Of a stretch of DNA of 64,000 nucleotides, positions 10,801-23,593 are shown piece by piece. How positions within the stretch are numbered: position 1 is the first letter of the stretch; each line of letters begins with the position of its first letter. The notes under the pieces are model-generated. The model was not told the DNA's origin. It made no database searches and saw only the letters and a list, made by a program, of their open reading frames with translations. The DNA lies in the NCBI RefSeq assembly GCF_044704955.1, contig NC_091983.1, forward strand, positions 12,958,001-13,022,000, read 5' to 3'. The DNA comes from Pristiophorus japonicus. Lineage: Eukaryota. A program made the translations under genes and the position numbers.

Positions 10801-13770
10801 GAGGGGGGTGGGGGAAGAGGGAGGGAGGAGGTGGGGAAGAGGGAGGGAGGAGGTGGGGGAAGAGGGAGGGAGGGGTGTGGGGAAGAGGGAGGGAGGGGTT
10901 GTGGGGGAAGAGGGAGGGAGGGGGTGGGGGAAGAGGGAGGGAGGGGGGTGGGGGAAGAGGGAGGGAGGGGGGTGGGGGAAGAGGGAGGGAGGGGGGTGGG
11001 GAAGAGGGAGGGAGGGGGGTGGGGAAGAGGGAGGGAGGGGGGTGGGGGAAGAGGGAGGGAGGGGGGTGGGGAAGAGGGAGGGAGGGGGGTGGGGGAAGAG
11101 GGAGGGAGGGGGGTGGGGGAAGAGGGAGGGAGGGGGTGGGGGAAGAGGGAGGGAGGGGGGTGGGGAAGAGGGAGGGAGGGGGGTGGGGGAAGAGGGAGGG
11201 AGGGGGGTGGGGGAAGAGGGAGGGAGGGGGGTGGGGGAAGAGGGAGGGAGGGGGGTGGGGGAAGAGGGAGGGAGGGGGGTGGGGGAAGAGGGAGGGAGGG
11301 GGGTGGGGGAAGAGGGAGGGGGTGNNNNNNNNNNNNNNNNNNNNNNNNNNNNNNNNNNNNNNNNNNNNNNNNNNNNNNNNNNNNNNNNNNNNNNNNNNNN
11401 NNNNNNNNNNNNNNNNNNNNNNNNNNNNNNNNNNNNNNNNNNNNNNNNNNNNAGGGGGGAAGAGGGAGGGAGGGGGGAAGAGGGAGGGAGGGGGGGAAGA
11501 GGGAGGGAGGGGGGGAAGAGGGAAGAGGGAGGGAGTAGAGGGGGAAGAGGGAGGGAGGGAAGAGGGGGGAAGAGGGAGGGGGGGAAGAGGGAGGGGGGGA
11601 GGAGGGAGGGGGGAAGAGGGAGGGGGGAAGAGGGAGGGGGNNNNNNNNNNNNNNNNNNNNNNNNNNNNNNNNNNNNNNNNNNNNNNNNNNNNNNNNNNNN
11701 NNNNNNNNNNNNNNNNNNNNNNNNNNNNNNNNNNNNNNNNNNNNNNNNNNNNNNNNNNNNNNNNNNNNNNNNNNNNNNNNNNNNNNNNNNNNNNNNNNNN
11801 NNNNNNNNNNNAGGGGGAGAGGGAAAGAGGGTAGGGGGAGGGGGAAAGAGGGTAGGGGGAGGGGGAAAGAGGGTAGGGGGAGGGGGAAAGAGGGTAGGGG
11901 AGGGGGAAAGAGGGTAGTGGGAGGGAAAGAGGGATGGGGGAGGGGGAAAGAGGGATGGGGGAGGGGGAAAGAGGGATGGGGAGGGGGAAAGAGGGATGGG
12001 GGAGGGGGAAAGAGGGATGGGGGAGGGGGAAAGAGGGATGGGGGAGGGGGAAAGAGGGATGGGGGAGGGGGAAAGAGGGATGGGGGAGGGGGAAGAGGGA
12101 TGGGGGAGGGGGAAAGAGGGATGGGGGAGGGGGAAAGAGGGATGGGGGAGGGGGAAAGAGGGATGGGGGAGGGGGAAAGAGGGATGGGGGAGGGGGAAAG
12201 AGGGATGGGGGAGGGGGAAAGAGGGATGGGGGAGGGGGAAAGAGGGATGGGGGAGGGGGAAAGAGGGAGGGGGAGGGGAAAGAGGGAGGGGGACGGGGAA
12301 AGAGGGAGTGAGGGGGAGGGGAAAAGAGGGAGTGAGGGGGAGGGGAAAGAGGGAGTGAGGGGGAGGGGGAAGAGGGAGTGAGGGGGAGGGGGAAGAGGGA
12401 GGGGGGGAAGAGGGAGGGGGGAAGAGGGAGGGGGGAAGAGGGAGGGGGGGAAGAGGGAGGGGTGGAAGAGGGAGGGGGGGAAGAGGGAGGGGGGGAAGAG
12501 GGAGGGGGGGAAGAGGGAGGGGGGGAAGAGGGAGGGGGGGAAGTGGGAGGGGGGGAAGAGGGAGGGGGGGAAGAGGGAGGGGGGGAAGAGGGAGGGGGGG
12601 AAGAGGGAGGGGGGGGGAAGAGGGAGGGGGGGAAAAGGGAGGGGGGGAAAAGGGAGGGGGGGAAAAGGGAGGGGGGGGAAAAGGGAGGGGGGGAAAAGGG
12701 AGGGAGGGGGAGAGGGAGGGAGGGGGAGGGGAAGAGTGAGGGGGGGAAGAGGGAGGGGAAGAGTGAGGGGGGTGAAGAGGGAGGGAGGGGGGGGGAAGAG
12801 GGAGGGGGGGAAGAGGGAGGGGGGGAAGAGGAAGGGATTGGGAGGGAGGGGAAGAGGGAGGGAGGGGGAGGGAGGGGAAGAGGGAGGGAGGGGAGGGAGG
12901 GGAAGAGGGAGGGAGGGGAGGGAAGAGGGATGGAGGGAGGGAAGAGGGATGGAGGGGGGGGAAGAGGGATGGAGGGGGGGGGAAGAGGGATGGAGGGGGG
13001 GGGAAGAGGGATGGAGGGGGGGAAGAGGGATGGAGGGGGGGAAGAGGGAGGGAGGGGGGGGGAGAAGAGGGAGTGAGGGGAGGGGGGGGAAGAGGGGAGG
13101 GAGGGGAGGGAGGGGAAGAGGGAGGGAGGGGAGGGAGGGGAGGGAGGGGAAGAGGGAGGGAGGGGAGGGAGGGGAAGAGGGAGGGAGCGGAGGGAGGGGA
13201 AGAGGGAGGGAGCGGAGGGAGGGGAAGAGGGAGGGAGCGGAGGGAGGGGAAGAGGGAGGGAGGGGAGGGAGGCGAAGAGGGAGGGAGGGGAGGGAGGCGA
13301 AGAGGGAGGGAGGGGAGGGAGGCGAAGAGGGAGGGAGGGGAGGGAGGCGAAGAGGGAGGGAGGGGAGGGAGGCGAAGAGGGAGGGAGGGGAGGGAGGCGA
13401 AGAGGGAAGGAGGGGAGGGAGGGGAAGAGGGAGGGAGGGGAAGGGAGGGAGGGGAGGGGGGGGTAGAGGGGGGGGAAGAGGGAGGGAGGGGAGGGGGGTA
13501 GAGGGGGGGAAGAGGGAGGGAGGGGAGGGGGGGAAGAGGGATGGAGGGGAGGGGGGGAAGAGGGATGGAGGGGAGGGGGGGAAGAGGGAGGGAGGGGAGG
13601 GGGAGTGAGAGGAAGGAGGGGGGCAGTGAGAGGGTGAGGGAGGGGGAGTGAGAGGAAGGGGGAGAGGGAGTGGGGCAGTGAGAGGGTGAGGGAGGGGGAG
13701 TGAGAGGAAGGGGGAGAGGGAGTGGGGCAGTGAGAGGGTGAGGGAGGGGAAGAGCGGCGGGGAGGGGGCA
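7830..13770 (+). repeat. ~6-kb polypurine (G/A-rich) satellite with variant units, main unit 24 bp TGGGGGAAGAGGGAGGGAGGGGGG; contains N gaps
   Basis: Almost no pyrimidines on the + strand. Gaps at 8010-8209, 11325-11452 and 11641-11811. Confidence 0.95.
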
Positions 13771-13897
13771 GTCTCCTGTGAATATGAAGAGTGGTGTCCG
13801 GCCTGCACCGCTCCCTGTACTTGCAGCTCCCGGTGTTTCACATTTCCAGGTTGCTCTCACTAACAGGCTCCGGGGGCCGGGAGTGCAGGTCTCAAAC

Positions 13898-14091
13898 CTC
13901 AAACTGCAGGTTACCGGCTCCCCCGCCCACAGGCCGAGGCCGGGCCCGCTCCCCCCACCGGGACCCCGGGACCCCCCTCCCTCACCTCCGCCACTCTCCG
14001 CCCTGGCAGCGGCCAGGATCTCCCTGCCGGCCCCCGACAGCTCCCCGAGAGCCCGCAGCAGCTCCGCTTCCCCCGGAGCAGGTTCCATCAT
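13898..14091 (-). CDS. putative first coding exon of the unidentified gene (MMEPAPGEAELLRALGELSGAGREIL...WAGEPVTCSL)
   Basis: Lies in a CpG island with ATGATG at 14091. Donor AG|GTTTGA (phase 2) fits exon 2. An alternative donor at 13915 gives a stop in exon 2. Confidence 0.55.
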
Positions 14092-14099
14092 CGAAGCCG

Positions 14100-14215
14100 C
14101 CCCCAGAGTCACCGTCAGGCCGCACTTCCGCCCCGGGGGGGGGGGGGGGGTGGGTGGAGAGAGTCCGGGAGCGGAGGTCGCGCGCCAGCCTGCGGGGCGG
14201 AGGGGCCGTTTGCAG
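14100..14215 (-). promoter_or_regulatory. CpG-island promoter of the unidentified gene
   Basis: GGGGGCGGAAGTG (GC box plus ETS/GABPA core) on the minus strand at ~14123-14135, ~30 nt upstream of the ATG. Confidence 0.55.
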
Positions 14216-14324
14216 TGTGCTCACTGTCGCACTGTGGGAAACGCAGTAGCCAACTTGCACACAGCAAACTCACACCAACAACATTGTGATAATGACACGA
14301 TCATGTGTTATGTTGATTGAACAT

Positions 14325-16795
14325 TGGAAATCGGAGCAGGAGTAGTCCGCATGGCCCCTCGAGCCTGCTCCACCACTCAATAAGATCACGGTCCAAGTCA
14401 GCATGGATTTATGAAAGGGAAATCATGCTTGACGAATCTTCTGGAATTTTTTGAGGATGTAACTAGCAGAGTGGACAAGGGAGAACCAGTGGATGTGGTG
14501 TATTTCAAAAGGCTTTTGACAAACTCCCGCACAAGAGATTGGTGTGCAAAATCAAAGCACATGGTATTGGGGGTAATGTACTGACGTGGATAGAGAACTG
14601 GTTGGCAGAAAGAAGCAGTGAGTCGGGCTAAACAGGTCCTTTTCAGAATGGCAGGCAGTGACTAGTGGAGTGCCGCAGGGCTCCGTGCTGGGACCTATTT
14701 ACAATATACATTAATGATTTGGATGAAGGAATTGAGTAATATCTCCAAGTTTGCAGATGACACTAAACTGGGTGGAGGTGTGAGGGGGATGCTAAGAGGC
14801 TGCAGGGTGACTTGGACAGGTTAGGTGGGTGGGCAAATGCATGGCAGATGCAGTATAATGTGGATAAATGAGGTTATCCATTTTGGGGGCAAAAACACGA
14901 AGGTAGAATATTATCTGAATGGCGACAGATTAGGAAAAGGGGAGGTGCAACGAGACCTGGGTGTCATGGTTCATCAGTCATTGAAGGTTGGCATGCAGGT
15001 ACAGCAGGCGGTGAAGGCGGCAAATGGTATGTTGGCCATCATAGCTAGGGGATTTGAGCATAGGAGCAGGGAGGTCTTACTGCAGTTGTACAGGGCCTTA
15101 GTGAGGCCTCATCTGGAATATTGTGTTCAGTTTTGGTCTCCTAATCTGAGGAAGGACGTTCTTGCTATTGAGGGAGTGCAGCGAAGGTTCACCAGACTAA
15201 TTCCAGGGATGGCTGGGCTGTCATATGTGGAGAGACTGGATCAACTGGGCTTTTATTCACCGGAGTTTAGAAGGATGAGAGGGGATCTCATAGAAACGTA
15301 CAAGATTCTGACGGGACTAGACAGGTTAGATGCGGGAAGAATGTTCCCGATGTTGGGGAAGTCCAGAACCAGGGGACAAAGTCTTAGGATAAGGGGTAGG
15401 CCATTTAGGACCGAGATGAGGGGAAACTTCTTCACTCAGAGTTGTTAATCTGTGGAATTCCCTGCCGCAGAGAGTTGTTGATGCCGGTTCATTGGATATA
15501 TTCAAGAGAGAGTTAGATATGGCCCTTACAGCTAAGGGGATCAAGGGGCATGGAGAGAAAGCAGGAAAGGGGTACTGAGGGACTGATCAGCCATGATCTT
15601 ATTGAATGATGGTGCAGGCTCGAAGGGCCGAATGGCCGACTCCTGTACCTATTTTCTATGTTTCTATGTCTGATCTGACCATGCACTCAGCTCCACTTCC
15701 CTGCCCGCTCCCCATAACCCTTTACTCCCTTATCGCTCAAAAATCTGTCTATCCCCACCTTAAATATATTCAATGACCCAGCCTCCTCAGCTGTCTGGGG
15801 CAGAGAATTCCATAGATTTACAACCCACAGGAGAAGAAATTTCTCCTTATCTCAGTTTTAAATGGGCGATCCCTTATTCTATGTCCCTTAGTTTTAGTTT
15901 CCCCTAGGAGTGGAAATATCCTCTCTGCAACCACCTTGTTGAGCCATCTCATTGTAAGTTTCAATAAGATCACCTCTCATAAGAGTTCAGAATCACACCT
16001 CATTCTTCTAAACGGCAATGAGTATTGGCCCAACCTGCCTTCCTAAGTCAACCCCCTCATCTCTGGAATCAGCCTAGTGAACCTCCAATGCAAGTATATC
16101 CTTCCTTAAATACGGAGACCAAAACTGTATGCAGTACTCTAGGTGTGGCCCCACCAATACCCTGTACAGTGTAGCAGGACTTCTCTGCTTTTATACTCTA
16201 TCCCCCTTGCAATCCATTTGCCTTCCTGATCACTTGCTGTACCTGCATACTAACTTTTTGTGTTTCATGCATTAAGGACCCCCAGGTCGCTCTGCACTGC
16301 AGCACTTTGCAATTTTTCTCCATTTAAATTATAATTTGCTTTTCTATTATTTCTGCCAAAGTGGATAACCTCACATTATCACATATTATACTCCATCTGC
16401 AAAATCTTTGCTCACTCACTTAGCCTGTCTATATCCATTTGCAGATTTCTTGTGTCCTCCTCACAATTTGCTTTCCCACCCATCTTTGTATCAGCAGAAA
16501 ACTTGGCTACATGACACTCGGTCCCTTCATCTGAGTCATCAGATTGTAAATAGTTGGGGCCCCTTCACCGATCCCTGTGGCACCCCACTGGTTACTGTTT
16601 GCCAACCGGAAAATGACCCATTCATCTCTGTTTTCTGTTAGCCAATCCTCTATCCATGCTATGACTCCCAACCCCGTGAACTTTTATCTTGTGCAGTAAC
16701 CTCTTGTGTGGCACCTTATCGAATGTCTTCTGGAAATCCAAACACACCACACCCACTGGTTCCCCCTTATCCACCCTGCTCGTTACATCCTCAAA
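14325..16795 (-). mobile_element. CR1 LINE fragment (minus) hosting a plus-strand CR1
   Basis: The tail at 14325-14389 continues after 15670 (AAGATCA.GG|CTGATCTGA). RT motif DFQKTFDKVPH at ~16700. Confidence 0.75.
14388..15669 (+). mobile_element. 5'-truncated CR1 LINE
   Basis: RT motifs QHGF, QGSVLG and FADD; tail TTTTCTATGTTTCTATGT. Confidence 0.9.
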
Positions 16796-16799
16796 AAAT

Positions 16800-17065
16800 G
16801 TAAATGAGGAATAAATATTGGCCAGGTATAACTCCCCTACTCTTCTTCGAAATAGTGCCATGGTATCTTTTACGTCCACCTGAGGGGGCAGACGGGGCCT
16901 CGGTTTCACCTCTCATCCGAAAGACGCCACTTCTGACAGTGCCACACTCCCTCAGTACTGCACTGGAGTGTCAGCCTAGAGTCATGTGCTCAAGTTCCTG
17001 TAGTGGGACTTGAACCTACAGCCTTCTGACTCAGAGGCGAGTGTGCCACCCACTGTCACAGCTGA
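16800..17065 (-). mobile_element. SacSINE1-like SINE
   Basis: Reverse complement resembles the element at 3870-4020 plus 5249-5400. Confidence 0.65.
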
Positions 17066-17181
17066 CATTGACACAGAGAAAGGCTGGGGGAGCTGGAGAG
17101 GCTGGGGTAGAGGGAGGGAAAGAGGCTGGGAATGGAGAGCGGGCGGGGGGGGGGGGGGGAAAAGAGTAAGAGAGGAACTAT

Positions 17182-20100
17182 CATAGTCCGTCCCTCAAAA
17201 TTGAGGGAGACTTGCTTCCACTCCAAAAGCGAGTTCTCCGGTGACTGAACAGTCCAACATGGGAATTACAGTCTGTCATAGGTGGGACAGTCGTTGGAGA
17301 AAAGGGTGGGTGATACTGGTTTGCCGCACGCTCCCGCTGCCTGCGCTTGTTTTCTGCATGCTCTCGGCGACGAGACTAGAGGTTAGCGCCCTCCTGGATG
17401 CTCTTCCTCCACTTAGGGCGGTCTTTGGCCAGAGATTCCCAGGTGTCGGTAAGGATGTTGCACTTTTTCAGGAGGCTTTGAGGGTGTCCTTGAAACATTT
17501 CCTCTGCCCACCTGGGGCTCGCTTGCCGTGTAGGAGTTCCGAGTAGAGCGCTTGCTTTGGGAGTCTTGTGTCGGGCATGCAAACAATGTGGCCCGCCCAA
17601 CTGAGCTGGTCGAGTGTGGTCAGTGCTTCGATGCTGAGGATGTTGGCCTGATCAAGAACACCAACGTCGATGCATCTTTCCTCCCAGGGGATTTGTAGGA
17701 TCTTGCGGAGTCATCGTTGGTGGTATTTCTCCAGCGATTTGAGGTGTCTACTGTATATGGTCATGTCTCAGCCATACAGGAGGGTGGATATTACTATAGC
17801 CCTGTAGACCAAAAGTGGTGGCAGATTTCAGGTCCTGATCTTCGAACACTCTCTTCCTCAGGCAGCTGAAGGCTGCGCTGGCACTGGAGGTGGTGCTGAA
17901 CCTCCTCGTCGATGTCTGCCCTTGCTGATAATAGGCTCCCAAGGTCTCCAGGGGTCGCGCTGTGGATCTTGATGACTGGGGGGAGTGGGCAGTGCTGAGT
18001 GGCAGGGTCAAGTTTGTAGAGGACCTTTGTCTTGCAGATGTTTAGCACAAAGCCTATGCTTTCATACACCTTGGTGAAGATGTTGACGATGACTTGGAGT
18101 TTAGCCTCTGAATGTGCACAGACGCAAGTGTCGTCCGCGTACTGTAGTTCGACGACAGAGGATGGGACGGTCTTGGATCTGGCCTGGAGGCGATGAAGGT
18201 TGAACAGGTTCTCACTGGTTCTATAGTTTAGTTCCACTCCAGCTTGTTGAGCGCGAGGTGGAGCATTACAGCGAGGAAGATCGCGAAGAGGGTTGGCTCA
18301 TAGACAGAGAAACAAAGAAAATAGGTGCAGGAGTAGGCCATTCAGCCCTTCGAGCCTGCACCACCATTCAATGAGTTCATGGCTGAACATGCAACTTCAG
18401 TACCCCATTCCTGCTTTCCCGCCATACCCCTTGATCCCCCCAGTAGTAAGGATTATATCAACTCCTTTCTTGAATATATTTAGTGAACTGGCCTCAAAAA
18501 CTTTCTGTGGTAGAGAATTCCACAGGTTCACCACTCTCTGGGTGAAGAAGATTCTCATCTCAGTCCTAAATGGCTTACCCCTTATCCTTAGACTGTGACC
18601 CCTGGTTCTGGACTTCCCCAACATTGGGAACATTCTTCCTGCATCTAACCTGTCTAAACCCGTCAGAATTTTAAACGTTTCTATGAGATCTCCCCTCATT
18701 CTTCTGAACTCCAGTGAATACAAGCCCAGTTGATCCAGTCTTTCTTGATATGTCAGTCCCGCCATCCCGGGAATCAGTCTGGTGAACCTTCGCTGCACTC
18801 CCTCAATAGCAAGAATGTCCTTCCTCAAGTTAGGAGACCAAAACTGTACACAATACTCCAGGTGTGGCCTCACCAAGGCCCTGTACAACTGTAGCAACAC
18901 CTCCCTGCCCCTATACTCAAATCCCCTCGCTATGAAAGCCAACATGCCATTTGCTTTCTTAACTGCCTGCTGTACCTGCATGCCAACCTTCAATGACTGA
19001 TGTACCATGACACCCAGGTCTCGTTGCACCTCCCCTTTTCCTAATCTGTTACCATTCAGATAATAGTCTGTCTCTGTTTTTACCACCAAAGTGGACAACC
19101 TCACAGTTATCCACATTATACTTCATCTGCCATGCATTTGCCCACTCACCTAACCTATCCAAATCACTCTGCAGCCTCATAGCATCCTCCTCGCAGCTCA
19201 CACTGCCACCCAACTTAGTGTCATCCGCAAATTTAGAGCTACTACATTTAATCCCCTCGTCTAAATCATTAATGTACAATGTAAACAGCTGGGGCCCCAG
19301 CACAGAACCTTGCGGTAACCCACTAGTCACTGCCTGCCATTCTGAAAAGTACCCATTTACTCCTACTCTTTTTGCTTCCTGTCTGACAACCAGTTCTCAA
19401 TCCATGTCAGCACACTACCCCCAATCACATGTGCTTTAACTTTGCACATTAATCTCTTGTGTGGGACCTTGTCGAAAGCCTTCTGAAAGTCCAAATATAC
19501 CATATCAACTGGTTCTCCCTTGTCCACTCTACTGGAAACATCCTCAAAAAATTCTAGAAGATTTGTCAGGCATGATTTCCCTTTCACAAATCCATGCTGA
19601 CTTGGACCCATCATGTCCCTCTTTCCAAATGCGCTGCTATGACATCCTTAATAATTGATTCCATCATTTTACCCACTACCGATGTCAGGCTGACCGGTCT
19701 ATAATTCCCTGTTTTCTCTCTCCCTCCTTTTTTAAAAAGTGGGGTTACATTGGCTACCCTCCACTCCATAGGAACTGATCCAGAGTCTATGGAATGTTGG
19801 AAAATGACTGTCATCCGCTATTTCCAAGGCTACCTCCTAAGTACTCTGGGATGCAGTTCATCAGGCCCTGGGGATTTATCGACTTTCAATCCCATCAATT
19901 TCCCCAACACAATTTCCCGACTAATAAGGATTTCCCTCAGTTCCTCCTTCTTACTAGACCCTCTGACCCCTTTTATATCCGGAAGGTTGTTTGTGTCCTC
20001 CTTAGTGAATACCGAACCAAAGTACTTGTTCAATTGGTCTGCCATTTCTTTGTTCCCCATTATGACTTCCCCTGATTCTGACTGCAGGGGACCTACGTTT

Positions 20101-20990
20101 GTCTTTACTAACCTTTTTCTCTTTACATATCTATAGAAACTTTTGCAGTCTGTCTTAATGTTCCCTGCGAGCTTCCTCTCGTACTCTATTTTCCCTGCCC
20201 TAATCAAACCCTTTGTCCTCCTCTGCCGAGTTCTAAATTTCTCCCAGTCCCCAAGTTCACTGCTATTTCTGGCCAATTTGTATGCCACTTCCTTGGCTTT
20301 AATACTATCCCTGATTTCCCTTGATAGCCACGGTTGAGCCATCTTCCCTTTTTTATTTTTACGCCAGACAGGGATGTACAATTGGTGTAGTTCATCCACG
20401 CGGTCTCTAAATGTCTGCCATTGCCCATCCACTGTCAACCCCTTAAGTATCATTCGCCAATCTATCCTAGCCAATTCACGCCTCATACCTTCAAAGTTAC
20501 CCTTCTTTAAGTTCTGGACCATGGTCTCTGAATTAACTGTTTCATTCTCCATCCTAATGTAGAATTCCACCATATTATGGTCACTCTGCCCCAAGGGGCC
20601 TTGCACAACGAGATTACTAATTAATCCTCTCTCATTACACAGCACCCAGTCTAAGATGGCCTCCCCCCTAGTTGGTTCCTCGACATATTGGTCTAGAAAA
20701 CCATCCCTTATGCACTCCAGGAAATCCTCCTCCACCGTATTGCTTCCAGTTTGGTTAGCCCAATCTATGTGCATATTAAAGTCACCCATGATAACTGCTG
20801 CACCTTTATTGCATGCATCCCTAATTTCCTGTTTGACGCAGCCCTGCTTGACCCCGGTCCAGACATGGATTAGGTCTGTGGTGGATCCATTGGTTATGAT
20901 CACGGCTTGCGTGTCGTCGTAGAGCAGGCGGAGGATGGTGACAAACTTTTGGAGGCATCTGAAATGGAGGACGACACTCCATAGTCCCTC
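17182..20990 (-). mobile_element. RTE-clade LINE fragment split by a nested CR1 (18300-20832)
   Basis: RTE-type peptide LFNLHRLQARSKT..VVELQYADD at 17794-18237. TGVKQGCV at ~20835-20860 joins PTLF at ~18290 across the CR1. Confidence 0.8.
18300..20832 (-). mobile_element. 5'-truncated CR1 LINE (end of endonuclease plus RT)
   Basis: Motifs IMGDFN, SDHN, KSPGPD, QGSVLGP and FADD, with a typical tail; frameshifted. Confidence 0.92.
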
Positions 20991-22054
20991 TCAACCACAG
21001 GAATTATGAATTGGGAGTGGATTACAACACCAGGGAGTAGTGGGTAGTCTAGACTCCGGCCATGGTTTGGGAATAGAATGTGTAACGTGTACCTACCCAA
21101 CATTCTGTGCTGTGCTGGTCATGTAGCAGTCAAGGGTTTGGGCAATCTTTATTTTTCTTTTGGCTGTAGTTTTCAGAGATCAAGTCTCGCTGCACTATCG
21201 TAGCTTTCAATCTGGTATCTTTAAAATAAATTGAGATTATTCAAGAGAGCAATGAAAACTTGTAATCTATTGAGTTACACATCGAGTTCCATACAATCTC
21301 CATTGCAGTTATTTCCCCGAATGCTTCCCACCCTAAATGTGACAAAAATATAAGTTTTGTCCGAGTAAGACTTGTATAATTGAAATATTATAGCAACTCA
21401 TTCAAAACTCAAGATTAAAGTTGGTGAATTATAAGCAAATTCCTTTCAATTAGGAATTAGTTAAGATTAAGTGTGAATTGAATTGTATCCTATAGAGACG
21501 GAACACTGTTGGAAGCTTGAATCTCAGATAATGTGTATTTAACTTCTCATTGCCATTCTATGGGATCATTTTTGTGTTATTACGTAAAATGTTCCAAATG
21601 TCTGATTGTTCCTATTGTCACTCTTGATTGACAACCCTGTCTTCAAATGAAATGCAAGACACTCAAGTTGTACCAAACCGCTATAATAAAGTCAGCACTG
21701 GGAGCACCTTCAACACAAGTACTGCAGGCAGTTCACCACCACCTTCTCAAGGGCAACTAGGGAAGGGCAATAAATGCTGAGCTTGCCAGCGACACCCACA
21801 TCCCATGAACTAATATGTAAAATGTTTCAATAGTCGGTCCTAGCCCATTGAAGCAGAATTAGATGTTTGGAAATGAATTGAATTTTGAGAGTCTTAGATA
21901 GTTCATGAGATGCAGCTTTTGAGGTGAGATATTACACAAGATTTCTTACTGCTTATTTAGGAACAATATTCATCCGATTCCCAACTGTTCTGTTCCCAGA
22001 AACCCAAAGAAATGCTGAAAGCACGTATGCTGTACTGATGCAGTAGGAAAAAAA

Positions 22055-23593
22055 ACATAGAAAATAGGTGCAGGAGTAGGCCATTCGGCCCTTCTAGCCT
22101 GCACCGCCATTCAATCAGTTCATGGCTGAACATGCAACTTCAGTATCCCATTCCTGCTTTCTCACCATATCCCTTGATCCCCTTAGTAGTAAGGACTACA
22201 TCTAACTCTTTTTTGAATATATTTAGTGAATTGGCCTCAATAACTTTGTGGTAGAGAATTCCACAGGTTCACCACTCTCTGGGTGAAGAAGTTCCTCCTC
22301 ATCTCGGTCCTAAATGGCTTACCCCTTATCCTTAGACTGTGACCCCTGGTTCTGGACTTCCCCAACATTGGGAACATTCTTCCTGCATCTAACCTGTCTA
22401 AACCCATCAGAATTTTAAACGTTTCTATAAGGTCCCCTCTCATTCTTCTGAACTCCAGTGAATACAAGCCCAGTTGATCCAGTCTTTCTTGATAGGTCAG
22501 TCCCGCCATCCCGGGAATTAGTCTGGTGAACCTTCGCTACACTCCCTCAATAGCAAGAATGTCCTTCCTCAGGTTAGGAGACCAAAACTGTACACAATAC
22601 TCCAGGTGTGGCCTCACCAAGGCCCTGTACAACTGTAGCAACACCTCCCTGCCCCTGTACTCAAATCCCCTCGCTATGAAGGCCAACATGCCATTTGCTT
22701 TCTTAACCGCCTGCTGTACCTGCATGCCAACCTTCAATGACTGATGTACCATGACACCCAGGTCTCTTTGCACCTCCCCTTTTCCTAATCTGTCACCATT
22801 CAGATAATAGTCTGTCTCTCTGTTTTTACCACCAAAGTGGATAACCTCACATTTATCCCACATTATACTTCATCTGCCATGCATTTGCCCACTCACCTAA
22901 CCTATCCAAGTTGCTCTGCAGCCTCATAGCATCCTCCTCGCAGCTCACACTGCCACCCAACTTAGTGTCATCCGCAAATTTGGAGATACTACATTTAATC
23001 CCCTCGTCTAAATCATTAATGTACAATGTAAACAGCTGGGGCCCCAGCACAGAACCTTGCGGTACCCGACTAGTCACTGCCTGCCATTCTGAAAAGTACC
23101 CATTTACTCCTACTCTTTGCTTCCTGTCTGACAACCAGTTCTCAATCCATGTCAGCACACTACCCCCAATCCCATGTGCTTTAACTTTGCACATTAATCT
23201 TTTGTGTGGGACCTTGTCGAAAGCATTCTGAAAGTCCAAATATACCACATCAACTGGTTCTCCCTTGTCCACTCTACTGGAAACATCCTCAAAAAATTCT
23301 AGAAGATTTGTCAAGCATGATTTCCCTTTCACAAATCCATGTTGACTTGGACCTATCATGTCACCTCTTTCCAAATGTGCTATGACATCCTTAATAATTG
23401 ATTCCATCATCTTACCCACCACCGATATCAGGCTTACCGGTCTATAATTCCCTGTTTTCTCTCTCCCTCCTTTTTTAAAAAGTGGGGTTACATTGGCTAC
23501 CCTCCACTTGATAGGAACTGATCCAGAGTCAATGGAATGTTGGAAAATGACTGTCAATGCATCCGCCAATTCCAAGGCCACCTCCTTTAGTAC
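22055..23593 (-). mobile_element. 5'-truncated CR1 LINE
   Basis: ORFs 22853..23581, 22537..22863 and 22237..22509 are CR1 RT; tail at ~22055. Confidence 0.92.

Noticed and set aside
13915-14091. Alternative exon 1 donor CCG|GTAACC
   Set aside because: A phase-0 join to the 7763 exon gives an in-frame TGA; the donor at 13898 keeps the frame open.
7681-14112. 2000-aa Pro-rich and Gly/Arg/Glu-rich ORFs on both strands
   Set aside because: By-products of a stop-free G/A satellite spanning N gaps; only the first ~65 codons look like a real exon.
19830-20903. 357-aa ORF fusing RTE and CR1 sequence
   Set aside because: Chance in-frame junction of a nested insertion, not a chimeric gene.
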